From positions 11,966,001 to 12,030,000 of the forward strand of contig OZ281501.1 of the NCBI GenBank assembly GCA_965637545.1: 64,000 bases of DNA. Reading direction: 5' to 3'. This document shows positions 10,508 to 24,154 of the stretch, in pieces (position 1 is the stretch's first letter; every line of letters begins with the position of its first letter). This stretch comes from Phallusia mammillata. Lineage: Eukaryota. A program made the translations under genes and the position numbers. The notes under the pieces are model-generated. The model made no database searches. It worked only from the letters and a program-made list of their open reading frames with translations, and was not told the origin of the DNA.

Positions 10508-13500
10508 TTAAAATAGGTTGTACAAAATGAGACAAATTATAAGAACATAGAAAGCTTGCTTCATCCAAGCAAACTGTGAAGGTTTAGCTCTTGTCACACT
10601 TGGTCTGCTTTGCAAGGGAAATCGAATGCGATCCATTTGAGTCATGATCATTTCTCTGGCTTTTGGCCATTTTCCAGGTCCTGTCAGGCGGTACTGATAC
10701 GGAGATGCGATTTCAAATACAACCTGAAAAATTTTGTTACTGTAGTAGTCAGGACATTCATTGTATTTATTCTAGCAGGGGCCTCCAACCCCTGGAACAA
10801 AAGGTAATTCTTCATGGCATGCTTTTAATTTCTGAGTTCACATTCAAGCACTTTTGATAGAATTTAAACCTATTACATTTTTATCAGGTTTTTTTAAGGT
10901 TTGGTTTGGGTGACCGCTAAGTAGTTTTAAGAGACCGCAAGTGTTTCATTTAAATACCAAAAAATAGCAAATACCAAATTTTGGGAAACCGCTGGAGAAA
11001 TTTGGGGGACCATTTCGGTCCCCCAAAACACCTTAAAAAAACACTGTCTCTGATTACTGGCTAACTCATATGGTACTTTTAGTCATTTACTGTTTTGACC
11101 AGTGATTTTCAAACGCGGCTCGCAGGGCCGCATGCAGCTCCCAACTACTTATTTTGCGGCTCCCACCAGACCTCAGAAAACCACCAAAGATTGCTATTTT
11201 AGCTTTTAAAGTAATAACGTTTAGTGATTTCTCAAGGTTTTGTTTTTAGGGGCTCCCTACTCACTTAAAAAACTACCATTTGGCACCGACAATAAAAAGT
11301 TTGACAACCACTGGTTTTAAAGGTAAATTGTCATACAAAGGATTGATGTCCCCTGTTTTGGGATACAGAAATGGTGGTATTGTTCTATAGTCGAATCATT
11401 TACCTTGTGAGCCAGGGCTGGGTCAGTAAAGAACATCTTTATTATGTTTGGTTTCACTCCAATTTTTTCAGCAATTTCATCCATGTACTCTACATAATCC
11501 ACCTGAGATTTCAAATACAACATTGTGAAATAGTACATATGTGCTCACTTCAGTGTCACGAAGTAAAAAAAAATCCCAGCAAAACAGAACAATCATGATA
11601 AGTTGTAATAAAAATATGACATCAGAAAAAATTATATCAATGACAACTTACCTAAAACACACAAATGTACTCTAAGAATGTACATTCGTTAACAGAATCC
11701 TATTAAATTTTAACACACATTTTTTACCTGAACTGTGTGGCGAGGTGAATCATAATATCGCTTCCGAATTTCAAACAAATTTTTGTCAATGTCTGAATGC
11801 ATTTCTTCTTTTGGTGGAAGTTTTGTCAAACCTATGAGAAACAGACCAAGTCTAAGTAATTTATGATTACACATTTTTATTATCTACCTTTAAAGACCCG
11901 GGTAATCCAACGGCATTGCAACTCTGAAATGGGATTAATTGCCCCCCAAGGTTGAATGCCACCAATAATAGCTAGAGTTGGCTTTTTTATATTAGGTGGC
12001 CACATAAATTTGTACAGCCTTGTACTATTTTTTTCAACCTACAATAACAAACAATTAATTTTTTTTAAATGGTTTGTTTAAAGGGGCTGTCTGCTGTTAC
12101 CTTGACAATTGAGTCATCCAAGAAAGGATAGGAAAAACTGTAGCCAGTTGCAAATATTACAACATCAACATCTTGATACTCTCCATCTTCAAAAATTACA
12201 CCGTTTTCTGTGAAGCTTTGAATGTTACCTTTTACTTTCAAGGTGCCACTAAGCACTCTGTTTGGCAAATCATCATTAACATTCGGATGCTTAAACAGAA
12301 ACAAGGAAAATTTTTAGGAAACAGTAATATTTTACTTTTGGTTAAAACCTTCTGAAAGTTATTCACTATTGCATACCTGGCTTAAAACTCGGTGCTTGGG
12401 TCGTAAGGCATAGAGCTCATGATTAAACCTGTTACTTATTTCTTTCTCAACTATGGAGTTAATAAAACTTTCTGGAAAAACAAGTCTTTGGTATTTTACC
12501 AATCTGTAATGCAAAAAATATAAAAAATCAAAGATAAGGGTCTATCTCATTTTTCAATATTTACACAATACTAGAGTGAAAAAATATGTGTAAATAATTT
12601 TTTTTTTCAAATTTATTATCACCTTTTGGTTTTATTGACATCAACAGGCATTCCACCCTCATCCACTCTAAAAAATACCCATGAGCCACTTCTTGTACTT
12701 AAAAATGCCTGCAAAAAGCTTGTAACATAACACCCTCATTCCAGGTTATTATTAAAAAGGTACCAAACCTGATCAGCCACTCTGCTAAGTTCAACAGAAA
12801 TGTCTCCACCAGAATTTCCAATTCCCACAACAACTACTTTCTTTCCCTCAAATCCATGACTTGTGCGATATGAATGACTGTGCATGTATTTGCCCTTAAA
12901 TTTGTCAATACCTAGAAGGACAAAAAAAATTAATACCATGTAGCTATATGTTTTCAAAAATCAAAGCAAAGACCTGGAAATGACTCAAGTGGCAGATTAG
13001 GAACAGCATGGTGACCAACAGCAACTATTATTCCATCAAATACTTCACTGGTTTCAACTTCAGTTTTGATGTTTTTGGTTGTGACACACCTTACAAGATA
13101 ATGTTATTGGTGTTGAGCCTTACCTGATTGTATCTTCGAAAGCATTACTTACCATTTTCCAGTTTGTTCATGATCATCTGTTTGCTTGCAAGATAAAACT
13201 TTTGTGTGAAACTCAATATGTTTCTCCAACCCAAATCTAACAACAACAAAATAAATGTAGACAGGGCGCAATAAGAAAAAAACACTAAAACAAAAACCAT
13301 ACTCTTTGCTGAACATTCGAAAGTATTCGACAATTCTGGCATTGTGCATAAAGTTTGGAAAGTGCTTGGGAATGGGAAAAGTTGAAAAACACATTAATTC
13401 CTTGCTTGTATTAATAATAGTTGACTTGTAGACACAAGCTTCGTCTTTTTCTCTCTCTTCATATCTCCACAACCCTTTAAACAACGAAAATACATTTAAA

Positions 13501-13662
13501 CATGCTGCATACATTTTTTATATCATTTTTATGTGTTAAACTTTCACCTCCAATATCATTGCTCAACTCATAACAAACTGGTTCCAAACCATCCTCAAGA
13601 CAAATCTTGATTGCAGCTAGTCCACTTGCCCCTGCACCTATTATGCAAACCCTTTTTGCCAT
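10508..13662 (-). CDS. Flavin-containing monooxygenase (FMO), copy 2
   Basis: [72 protein letters not shown]. The last exon ends ...[19 protein letters not shown] (TAA 10508-10510). Intron positions match copies 1 and 3 where checked. Confidence 0.93.
10885..11046. mobile_element. Small MITE in an FMO copy 2 intron
   Basis: Imperfect TIRs caggtttttttaaggtttgg / cccaaaacaccttaaaaaaacactg; no clear TSD. Confidence 0.5.
11100..11313. mobile_element. hAT-type MITE in an FMO copy 2 intron
   Basis: Ends CAGTGATTTTCAAAC / GTTTGACAACCACTG; degenerate 8-bp TSD gttttgac/gttttaaa. Confidence 0.65.
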
Positions 13663-14283
13663 TAATATGGAACAGGCTTTCTTACAGAAAACTTTTTAGA
13701 GGTGACACTGAACCAAGTGTTTGTCCCACACACTTTGAGGCGACTAGTGCACGAAGTTATGTTGACATACATAATGTGCTGAGCATAAAAGCTTTGGTTG
13801 ATAGTTAAACATTTCCTTTTTTTCTTTGGTCAACATTGAGAAGGTTTTCTGAATGCTAGGCAAAACAAACAACAAAAAAGTAAAACCAAAATGTTGCATG
13901 CTTCATATCTAAAATAAAAATCTTATTGTCCACTATACAAAACAGGTAGTTTTTTGTTATTATACTTAAACTTTTTCTAATAATTTAATGTTTTGCATTG
14001 TGATTTGACTTTATAAACACCATATTGATAACAGGTATGTAAAAATCAACAAAGCAAACACAGTTGTTTTAATTTTTCTATCTTTAGTTGGATCTTTTTA
14101 ATCACTCAACAACAAAAATGTTTACAGTGAATTAGTGGAGATAAAATATGAGGAGATAGGTGCAGCATTGTTAAATGGTAGTGCAAAATACATAGAGAAA
14201 CATGATAATGGCACAAATAACATTCACTCATTATTGGCAACAATTAACAGATTCAACATTAAGTAGACCTTCACATCAATACA

Positions 14284-17200
14284 TTAAAAGAGTTTGTAAA
14301 AGATTACACCAAGAATGAGAATAAAGACAACTTGTTTAATCCAAGCAAACTGGGAAGGTTCAGCTCTTGTCACACTTGGCCTGCTCTGTAAAGGAAATTT
14401 AATACGTTCCATTTGGGTCATGATCATTTCTCTAGCTTTTGGCCATTTTCCAGGTCCTGAAAGACGATATTGATATGGAGATGCAACTTCAAACAGCACC
14501 TGTCCAAGCATATAGTTCTAAAAACAGTAGGTACAATAATCACATGCCAATACAAACCTTGCTTGCCAAAGCTGGATCTGTTAAAAATAGTTTTAGTATG
14601 TTTGGTTTGACTCCTATCTGTTCTGCAACTTCATCCATATAATCAACATGATCCACCTGAAAAGTATAAAAGCTTGCTAAATAGAGTATGCCAAACTCCG
14701 AAACAGCCCAGGTATTGTTTTGTCTTTTGTACCACAAATTAAATTGCTGCTTTTTTACTGTATTTAATGAACTGAATAATTAACTTCAAAATGTAATAAT
14801 GCAAAAAATATATCAAATATAATAATTCAACAAATTATCTCCTAAACATCAACTAGGCATATTCGTTGATAAATACATTTTCTATTAAACTTTTCCCAAG
14901 TATGTTTCTAAGTAAAGAAATGTATGTCTAAAAAAGTGGTTCTCTACCTTTTGTGGACCGTAGCCCCTTAAAAGTAACTTTTGGACCTCAAGTAACCCTG
15001 GAGGACCTGCAGCCCCCTTAAAAAATGTAAATTGCAATCTCATGTTGGAATTCGGTACTAATTTTGACTTTAAACAGGTCAAATAGAATAAACAAGAATC
15101 TGTAATCATAAAAACTCAATATAGACAAATAGTATGTGAAATAGTTGATTAAATTAGGGAATAAAGTTAAAAAGGAAATGGATTTTAGTGGGTGTTTCTA
15201 GTGAATCTACACCCTGGGCCCCCGGAACACAGCTCATGGCCTGTCTGGGTGGCCATGGGCCCTGGTTGAAAACCACTGGTCTAAAAACCTAAGGCAATAT
15301 TGTGTTTTAACAAAGCAAGCTCCTTACATAATCAATCATATATTAGAAACTATTTTTAAATGTATTTTTACCTGGACAGTATGACGGGGTGAATCATAAT
15401 ACCGTCTTTTCATTTCAGATAACTTTTTGTCAATGTCAGCGTTCATTTCTACTTGTGAAGGAAGTTTTACCAGACCTTACAAAAAAAATATAAAAAAATA
15501 TTTTGGTATTAATAATAAATACACAGATATGATTTTGGCAATTTTGTCCAATTGTTGTTTAGTTTTACCTTTAAACACTTGTGTTGCCCAGCGACACTGC
15601 AATTCGGAAAGAGGGATAGTGGCACCTAAGGGTTGAACTGCACCAATAATGGCTAATGAAGACTTTTTAACATTGGGTGGCCACATGTATTTGTAAAGTT
15701 TTGTTCTATTTTGGTTCACCTGCAAACAAATGTTAACCAGTTACAGAAAGGTAAACTAACTTAATAATTTAGTGAAACTCTGTGCTATTATCACCCATGG
15801 ATACAGACATTTTTTTATCTAAAACACAAACAATCCACACCATCTAAAACAAAAACAAAAATTTTTTTTTACAAAATGTGTGTCCTCTAAATAAACAAAC
15901 CTCGTTGCTTATATGCAAGCACATGAGGACAAAGGAATGCAACAAGTAAATATAAGTTTTAGGTGATAAACTGGCAATGCTGGGTGGTTTGAAACGTTCA
16001 CTTTTTAGATTGTGGCATACAAAATGCCACAAACATTTCACTACAAAATAAAAAAGAGGGCAAAAAGAATTGTTTGTACAGAAATAAGTTCATTAATTTA
16101 TTTATAGTACCTTAACAACTGATTCATTCAGAAATGGATAAGCAAAATTAAAACCAGTCGCAAATATGACAATGTCAACATCTTCATATTCTCCATCTTC
16201 AAAATACACTCCTTTTTCAGTAAAGCTTGTAACATTTCCTTTGATTTTTAGAGTACCACTTAATACTCTGTTGGGCAAATCATCATTTACCATCGGATGC
16301 TAGTTAAAAAAAGCAATGTATAATCATGCTGACAAGTTTTTTTTATGTTTGCATTTTATCTATACCTGGCTAAACACCCTGTGTTTAGGTCTTAATCCAT
16401 ACAGTTCATGGTCAAATTTTGCATTTGCTATTGCTTCACCAAGTGTATTAACCAAACTGCTGGGCAATAATCCGTCAATAATTTTTCCCAATCTACCAAC
16501 AACAAAATACTCATCACTTTCCCAACCTGAATTTGTTTCGAATCGCCATATACCTTGTAGTTATATTGACATCCACAGGCATTCCACCCTTATCTACTCT
16601 GTAGAAAACCCAAGCTCCACTTCTTGTACTTAAATATGTCTGTAAACAGGAATGTATACTTATTTAGAGTCCTAGTTGCTGTGTTGAGCATTATCACTCC
16701 CATTGCTTTGCGGAACTGATTGTTCAGTGTAAAAAATATATTTTACAGTAGATTACAGTTTTGGTACAAGAAATATTAGTTTCATTGAAGAGGTAGACAA
16801 CTTTGGCAAGTCTTGCGCACCTGGTCAGCTATCCTGCTTAGATCAACTGCAATGTCTCCACCAGAATTTCCAATTCCAACAACAACAACCTTTTTGCCCT
16901 CAAAACCATCATGGTTTCGATATAAATGACTGTGCATATACTTGCCTTTAAACTTTTCAATTCCTAAGCAGAAAAAAAATCTTGCATCAGACAGTTTGGA
17001 CATTTTAAAACATGAAAAACCTGGAAATGAGTCCAGCGGCAGGTTAGGGATTGCATGGTGACCTACTGCAACCATTATACCATCAAATACTTCACTTTTC
17101 TCAACTCCTGTTTTGGTGTTTTGTGTCTTTACACACCTTTAAAACAGCCAAATGCTAATAGAAAGTAAGCTTGTTATAATTCCTACTGATAACAGACCGG

Positions 17201-18280
17201 TGCATTTGGTTTGTAAACTTTACAAATTATGTATGGTCAAAAAAGGTGACAACCCAAATTTATATGCAGGAACAGTTTTTGCTAAGAGTAAGAAGTATTC
17301 AAACCTGTTTGGTATGTTGTTCGGTCAATAAAGCATAAATTAAAATGTACCAATGGGCAAATTAACCTGAAGTTTCCTTGTGCTATTTAATGTTACACAA
17401 TGATTGTACACAAATAGTTGGGCAACACATAGTTTGCTCTACTCAAGACAGAGAAATGGCAGTCTATTTGCAATTCTTACTTACCATCTGCCAGTGTCTT
17501 TATGATCATCTGTCTCCGTACAAGATAAAACTTTTGTGTGAAACTTGATGTGTTTTTCCAAATCAAATCTGCAAATTTACAAACAACAGTGCAAAACAAA
17601 CAAACAATATACAGTATTGGTTTGAGATAAAAAAATGTACTTACACCAAACATTAAGCAACGCTCACTATATTTTTAATAGTCTGCATACATGACTGATT
17701 CACTTTTTGAAAATAAATAGGGAGCATAAATTTTAATAAACAAGGCCTAATAGTTTCACAACTGGTCAGGTCACAAAAAAAAATTAAACAATAATTTTAT
17801 TGTAAAAGACAAAAAATGCACAACACAGTGTATAATTATATACAAAACTAGATTCAATTAAATCAAACTAATGCTTAAATACACTATTTTCCTATTTTTT
17901 CACATGTTTTGTAGGACATAAACAAATACCCAACTCATTACAAAACATCCGGTAGTATTCCATGACTTTAGTGTGGTGCATGTAATTTGGAAATTCTTTG
18001 GGAATTGGAAATGTTGAAAAGCACATAATCTCTTTGCTTGTGTTTATAATCGTTGATTTGTAAACACACGCTCCTGTCCGTTCACCTTCTTCATATCTCC
18101 ATAACCCTTTAATGTTATTTGAAAATAAATATCATGCATATTGATTTGCAAATCAAAAAACCTACCGCCAATATCATTGTTCATTTCAAAGCAAAACGGT
18201 TCCAAACCATCCTCAAGACAAACTTTAATTGCAGCCAGTCCACTTGCCCCTGCACCAATTATGCAAACCCTTTTAGCCAT
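14284..18280 (-). CDS. Flavin-containing monooxygenase (FMO), copy 3 (close paralogue of copy 2)
   Basis: [52 protein letters not shown]. The last exon [24 protein letters not shown]...[21 protein letters not shown] is nearly identical to copy 2. Confidence 0.95.
14934..15278. mobile_element. hAT-type MITE in an FMO copy 3 intron
   Basis: Ends (a)AGTGGTTCTC / GTTGAAAACCACTG flanked by a perfect 8-bp TSD GTCTAAAA (14926-14933, 15279-15286). Confidence 0.8.
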
Positions 18281-19674
18281 TGTTGTGTTATATTTGTGCC
18301 TTATAACTTCAATATGCCTTTACGTCCTATACACAAACCACTAAAATATAGAAAGAGATAAGATAAACAACGGCTCTGACCATGCACTCTCGGAGAAACT
18401 TTTCCATGTGGCAAAGGACAGGCAGTTTACAAACAGGGGATTTTTTTTACTTTGTGCGAAGTTTGTAAACAAGTCGATGATTACGTCACATTTTTTCGAA
18501 TAATTTCTTCCAGTGCAAAAATCAAGCCACGTCGCCTGGTGGATTTACTTAAGAGTATGACATTTGGATTACATTCTTTAGCGTATGGCAAAACGACATT
18601 AAAATACTTTTTCATAGGTTTTGTTCGAAGTATCGCGAAAAATGTTTTTAATTGTGATGGGTCGGTACTAAAGCTACATACCGCTTTATAATACGCTGTA
18701 GCTGCAGCAAGTTTAATATATTGTTTTGCGATCCATATTTCCGACGTTTCAACGTTGCGCAGTTATTTCCGACTTTGTGAATTGTGTCGCTATGTGTTCT
18801 TTCACTAAGCAAAATAAACTATTTTGTTTTCCGACTGCGGCCATTTGATTATTTGGTTGACCAAACACTGCGCAAACATGATGAAATGCGGTCCCTATCA
18901 CGATACTCAGACCAACACGCTACAAGAAGCACTATTGCACCGAGGTTTAGCCTACTGCCTCGTCAAACCTGTTATAAGCCTACTCTTGTTTTGTCAGTTC
19001 GTTGTCAACATTATTAGGTGATGTTTAACTTGTAGCCATCGACACCAGAAAATGATGGATAGGATGATGGAGTCCCTGATGGACTAATACCCCAAACCGA
19101 AACGCCTTGAAAACAGCTCATGAATTTCAACTAATCTGTGTCATGATGACTGCATAAACAGTTTGGTTAACTTGCATGTGCAGGACATTGGTTGGTTTAT
19201 TAAAGCCGAAATAATGCCTGGCTAAAATCATCGCGAAAAAGCTTGCCGGCGTTTGTAATTGTAACTGTGACCAGTTTAGACAAGATATAGTCAAAATGCA
19301 ACTACGTACACAAAAATGGTGTATTCGTGGCGCATAAAATAACAAAAGCATATCATAACAAAACTAAAGAACATGAGCAATTTATTGGTAAAATTAACCT
19401 AAACGCGTTATACTTTTAAGTCAATCCGAAAAGTGATAGGCACTTGATTGTGCGTGCAGACTGCAGAGCATTGTAAAATATAAAACAAATAATGAAAAGA
19501 GAACTTCTGCTAAATATCCAGATAAGCATTTTCAAAACTAGCCCACTTCACATTTAATGTCAGGTTGATCTATAACAAAAACACAGGCTGTATGCTCATC
19601 ATATGAGTTGCTGCTTTCGGTTTGGCCAAGTGCACACAATACAAAACAGTGGTCAAGCATTAGGCAAATAAGGT

Positions 19675-22600
19675 TCAGCGCATCATCGTCATTTGCCTGG
19701 CATTGGTCGCCGAACCCGTGGCGTACAAACTGAAACGTTCATCAAACTTTTTTGCCCGGTATCATTCCGCCAAAGTTGAATTTTCCTTCAGGAAATTGGA
19801 ATATTAGCGCTGGGAAACCAGGAGCACCTGAAATGCACAGCGGATATAACAATAAGCAATGCTGATCGCGGTTTCAACACAATTATACGCCTATAAGCCA
19901 ACGTGATTAGTAAAAGCACTTATTTTAAAATTATGCTCACAGTTGTCTAAACCTGCATCCTAACTTTTGACAGATTAAGGTTTAGGACAGGGGTTCCGAA
20001 GTTTATTTATTTTTTTATCATAAACTTTAGACTGTTCCGCGCTCTCCATGTGGTGTATATGGGGGTAACCAAACGCATTTTTTTACTATGTCTTTCTACT
20101 CGTCTACAGTTATGTCTCGTACACGAAGCTTACAATGTTTTGTACACCTATTCCATGACTATCCTCATGACCTCTTTGTGACTCCATAAATTGATTGCTT
20201 ACCTTTTCCTACAACATGTAAAACGCTATCATGCCGTTTAATTCCTCGAGCCAAGCGATCGGTTAAAACCGTTTGCGTCCACGACGAAAGTGAAGAACCA
20301 AGGAACAGCGTGGATTCTGCGATTCAAGGTACATGATTCAGTTAAATAAGTATACAATACATCGGGGTTATGCAGTAGCGCATCTTTTCTGCCTTCTTGT
20401 TTTCATCACTTACTAAAACACACTTCCTGCTCTATAAACGATCCTTTGTAGTTGTTGGTCAGAAATCCTTCGCCCTCTGTCTTTTTTGCGTATTGTATAA
20501 TGTCGTCGCTATAGTAGAAGTTTCCAGGAAAGCTCTCGTTCATGAGTCTAATCAGATCTATATTCTAACAATAAAGCATGTGTTTAAATTCAACGCACTT
20601 TGACACAGCAGTGTCGATAAAGCTCACATTTGGGGGACTTGCGAGGAAAAGTTGTTTTAGACTGTAGTCGGCCATCTTGTCCTTTATTGCTTGGATAAAG
20701 TTGTTTCTTATTTCATCATCATAAGTTAGACCCATTGTAAGACGGCAAATTTCTTTGTTACGTTCTCGGGCTCCTTTCGGCCTCGAAGGTTTACACCTTT
20801 AACGACATTTTTTTGTTAAATTTTCACAAACGATTACCAGGTCCAGGACTATAACATTATACAAGCACATTTTGTTAGTAGTGTTGTTTCGATTAAGATT
20901 GATTAACTCACATATCAAGCCAGTCGGACTCGTATCTCCAATGAACAGCCATATAGGGTTGTCCACCCATCACGTTTTCAATAAAGTTTGCAGCAAATTT
21001 TCGACATGGTAAGGGTCTGTAACATCACGTAAGATTACAAAATGCAGATTATTAAAATGTGATCAATATTTACTTTCTACAGTTTTACCAATATCATTTC
21101 ATATATGTTAAGCACCTCATGAAAGACTTTGCTATCCTAGAAAACGTTGCAAGCCATCTATCCTGACTTGGTAGACATTTCTTTCCATAAATAATGCCCA
21201 TACATTTATATTCGTCCGGCCCAACCACTCCTGGACTTAAATCGTTGGGAACAAGTTCTTCATATGTAGCGATACTAATCTCCTTATCAACCTTAAATCA
21301 AAAAGGTTTGCTGGTTAAACGGAAATAATTGTTCAGTAATTTTTGCACTGATTTTTGTTAAGTTTGTAATTTTTTTTAACTCTACATTCCTTAATAACTT
21401 AATTGAATGCAATTCTGTAAATCAGCGCGATTAATGTTTACTGCTATATAAAGCTTCCTGAGAGCGTGGTATCTCATGAGAAAATCGCTTAGTGCACAAT
21501 AAACAAACCTGTACGCCATATATTAAGCAGCATAGGCTACGCTGTGTACAAAAGTATTAGTGTAAATAGTTTGTGACTGATGTCTGATATCATGTTTGTA
21601 TCAATGTCAAATAAACTATACCTTTAAATCAGCAGCTCTTTGAAAATGTTGAATTCCATCAAGGCGTTTTGGATCCAACTGCCCGCATTTTACTAATAGA
21701 TTTAAGTGTCCTTTACAGTCTTTGCGAAAGTCTTTCATTGAGCTTACTCCCATAACCTTGACAATCGTTAAATTAAGACACCATATCCATTATCGTTTGA
21801 ATCTTAACCCACCTTTTTCAACGTTCCTGGGTCTATTGTGTCTGTTGGCGGCCACACGAGGTCCACTGTGTAGTTTTGATCAAAAATTGGAAGTACAAAT
21901 GGATTTGATGCTGCATCACCCATGCGAGGATGTCTTGTAAATTTATTAATATGTTTGCTTAGGAAGGTGTACATAAAACATTTTAGTTGTATTGCTGTAG
22001 TGCTTATTTCTTTTTTTTTCACTTTTTGAAGAACATTATGTTGAAACACAGGGTAAATTTAATCTATAAACTTTAATTGTCTTACCTGTGAAAAACTGGA
22101 ACAACAGCAGTTCTGCCCATCTCATAGGCAGTTACCGCTCCTTGCCTGAACAGTCGGAAGAGATTGTTTGGTCCCATGTCAAAGTAGAGCATAGGTAGAA
22201 CGTATCCTGACGATTTTAACTGTGGTTCAGGCTGTGTAAAGGAGAATATACAGTTGATTCACAAAAAAACTGGAGCTTGAAACAGTTACATTTAGAATTT
22301 CTTTCCCAAAACTAACCAAATATAACCAGCTAAATGCAACTTACAATGTTCAATTCATCAAAGTTTGTGTTCACTCCTAGATCAGGGGATGATTTTCCCG
22401 ACAACGGCCGCAATCCAGCGTTGTTTGCTACTGCTACTTTGCGCTTTGGTTTTTCTAAAAAAATAACAAAATAATTTTCGTAATATTATTAATCTTCGGA
22501 TTCTGGACAGAGATTCAATAGACTTCCACCTGTTTCGACAATAGCCTGTTAAAAGCGTAGGCAAACGGAAAAATTGTTTGTTTGTTTTGCAAACCTTTGT

Positions 22601-24154
22601 GGGATTACCATAAGGAATGACATATAGCGCGGTTTTAACAAAAGTATCATTCAAAAACATAAAACGCAGACTTTTATTCTGCAAAAAAAAATATATAATA
22701 AAAAATAATTTGGCATTTAAAGTTAGAAATTTTTTTTGCAAACCGAAAATGTTGTGTTGTAAGCAAAACGAAATATGTAAAATAAAAGTTGTTAAATGTC
22801 CGCAAAGGAAACTTTTCAACTTGCGTGATGCCTTGCCGCGTGCCCAAGGCCTAAAATACGGTCGATGCAATTTGCTCCGTCTGATATTTCTGTATCGTTT
22901 CGCTAAAAAGGGATAAGTTAAAGACCAAAGAAATTTTGTTTGGAGTTATTATTTTCTAGAGAATACCAACTTGCAAACGGTGCATGTGAATCATCTTACC
23001 TGCTTTCACTTCCGGTTTAGGTACTTTTCTTTCAGTTGGTTTTGCCCGAGTAACCGGTGATTGCTTCGGTTGTTCGACAACTTTTCTTTCTGTGACTTGT
23101 GGCTCTTCAACCTGATTAAAAGTTTTGTATGAAATTGTTTGTTGCCTTTCCATGCCTAATTCTAAAATCTGTTGAACAAGGAAAACATTTTTACTAGAGC
23201 AGTGGTTTTTAACCTTTTTATGACTGTTGCCCTGACTGAGTTTATCTGCTTCCTTTTCAAAAACTTTCTTTATTGTGACGTCACAGAAAGATGACGCCAC
23301 AAACCAAAAAATGATAGTCTAATAACCTTCAGAAAAGCGTCAAATTGCCTCATTGTGGGTAATTACCTACAGGTTCAGTACCACTGTATTAGAGCAAGTC
23401 TTTTTTACACTACCGGACGATTTAATTTAAAGTTTTTAAATACTCTAAAAAAGTATATTCCGATACTATAAAAAAGTGACAACATTTTGGTCTGTTGACA
23501 AATTGGGCGAGTTGTACCATTTAGGTAAATGTTTGCTAAAGACGTTACTTACTTGAGCTGCGGCTTGTGGTTGGACTTTATTTGCAAAGTTATCTGGCCT
23601 TTGCATGACTTGAGCTTGTACTTGTGCTTGTTCTCGTTTTGCCAGTAAAAGCTGAAAAACGGCAAGTGATCATTGCAAACATGCATTGCAAAACGAGTTG
23701 GGTTCAAAATAGTGCCAACAGCAAAAGTCGAAAAATTTGAATAAAATTCTTGTTTCAAAATTTAAAAAAATATTTCGCTGCTTATTTTTGGTATTTTAGT
23801 ACACATCTTTAAATGGTTGTTTTCTAACCTGTTGTTGAAGATCTTGAAGCTCGTTAGCTGGGACTGCAATTTCTTCTATTTCTCCGTTAGCTTGCGGAAG
23901 GCGAACTTGAACATTCTGCAAAAACAATCCTGAATTATATGCATATTTTAATAATTTCTACATCCTTATGTGATCAGTCATCAGCAAGTGACCCTATCTT
24001 TTGACCTCGGCACATCACTGGTACTTACACGAGTGACGTCATTCTTGTCCATCGTGTGTGATTCCAATACTTCAAGCATCAGATACACGACAGCCACTGC
24101 TCCAATGAGCTCTAAAGAACGCTTAACAAACTTCTTGTTAAGACGCATCCGCAT
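19675..24154 (-). CDS. O-fucosyltransferase-family (GT-B, POFUT-like) type II membrane glycosyltransferase, multi-exon
   Basis: Basic N-tail plus TM (MRMRLNKKFVKRSLELIGAVAVVYLMLEV), Q/E/K/P-rich stem exons, then MGPNNLFRLFRQGAVTAYEMGRTAVVPVFHRH (resembles the GxNN...RTLVLP motif), PYMAVHWRYESDW (HxR motif), LFLAS, and STLFLGSSLSSWT (GDP-binding SxFS-like). The last exon ends ...NARQMTMMR* (TGA 19675-19677). Confidence 0.8.

Noticed and set aside
18784-19140. Possible small spliced + strand gene between FMO3 and the fucosyltransferase
   Set aside because: A donor and acceptor pair is plausible, but there is no convincing ATG-initiated frame and no recognisable product.
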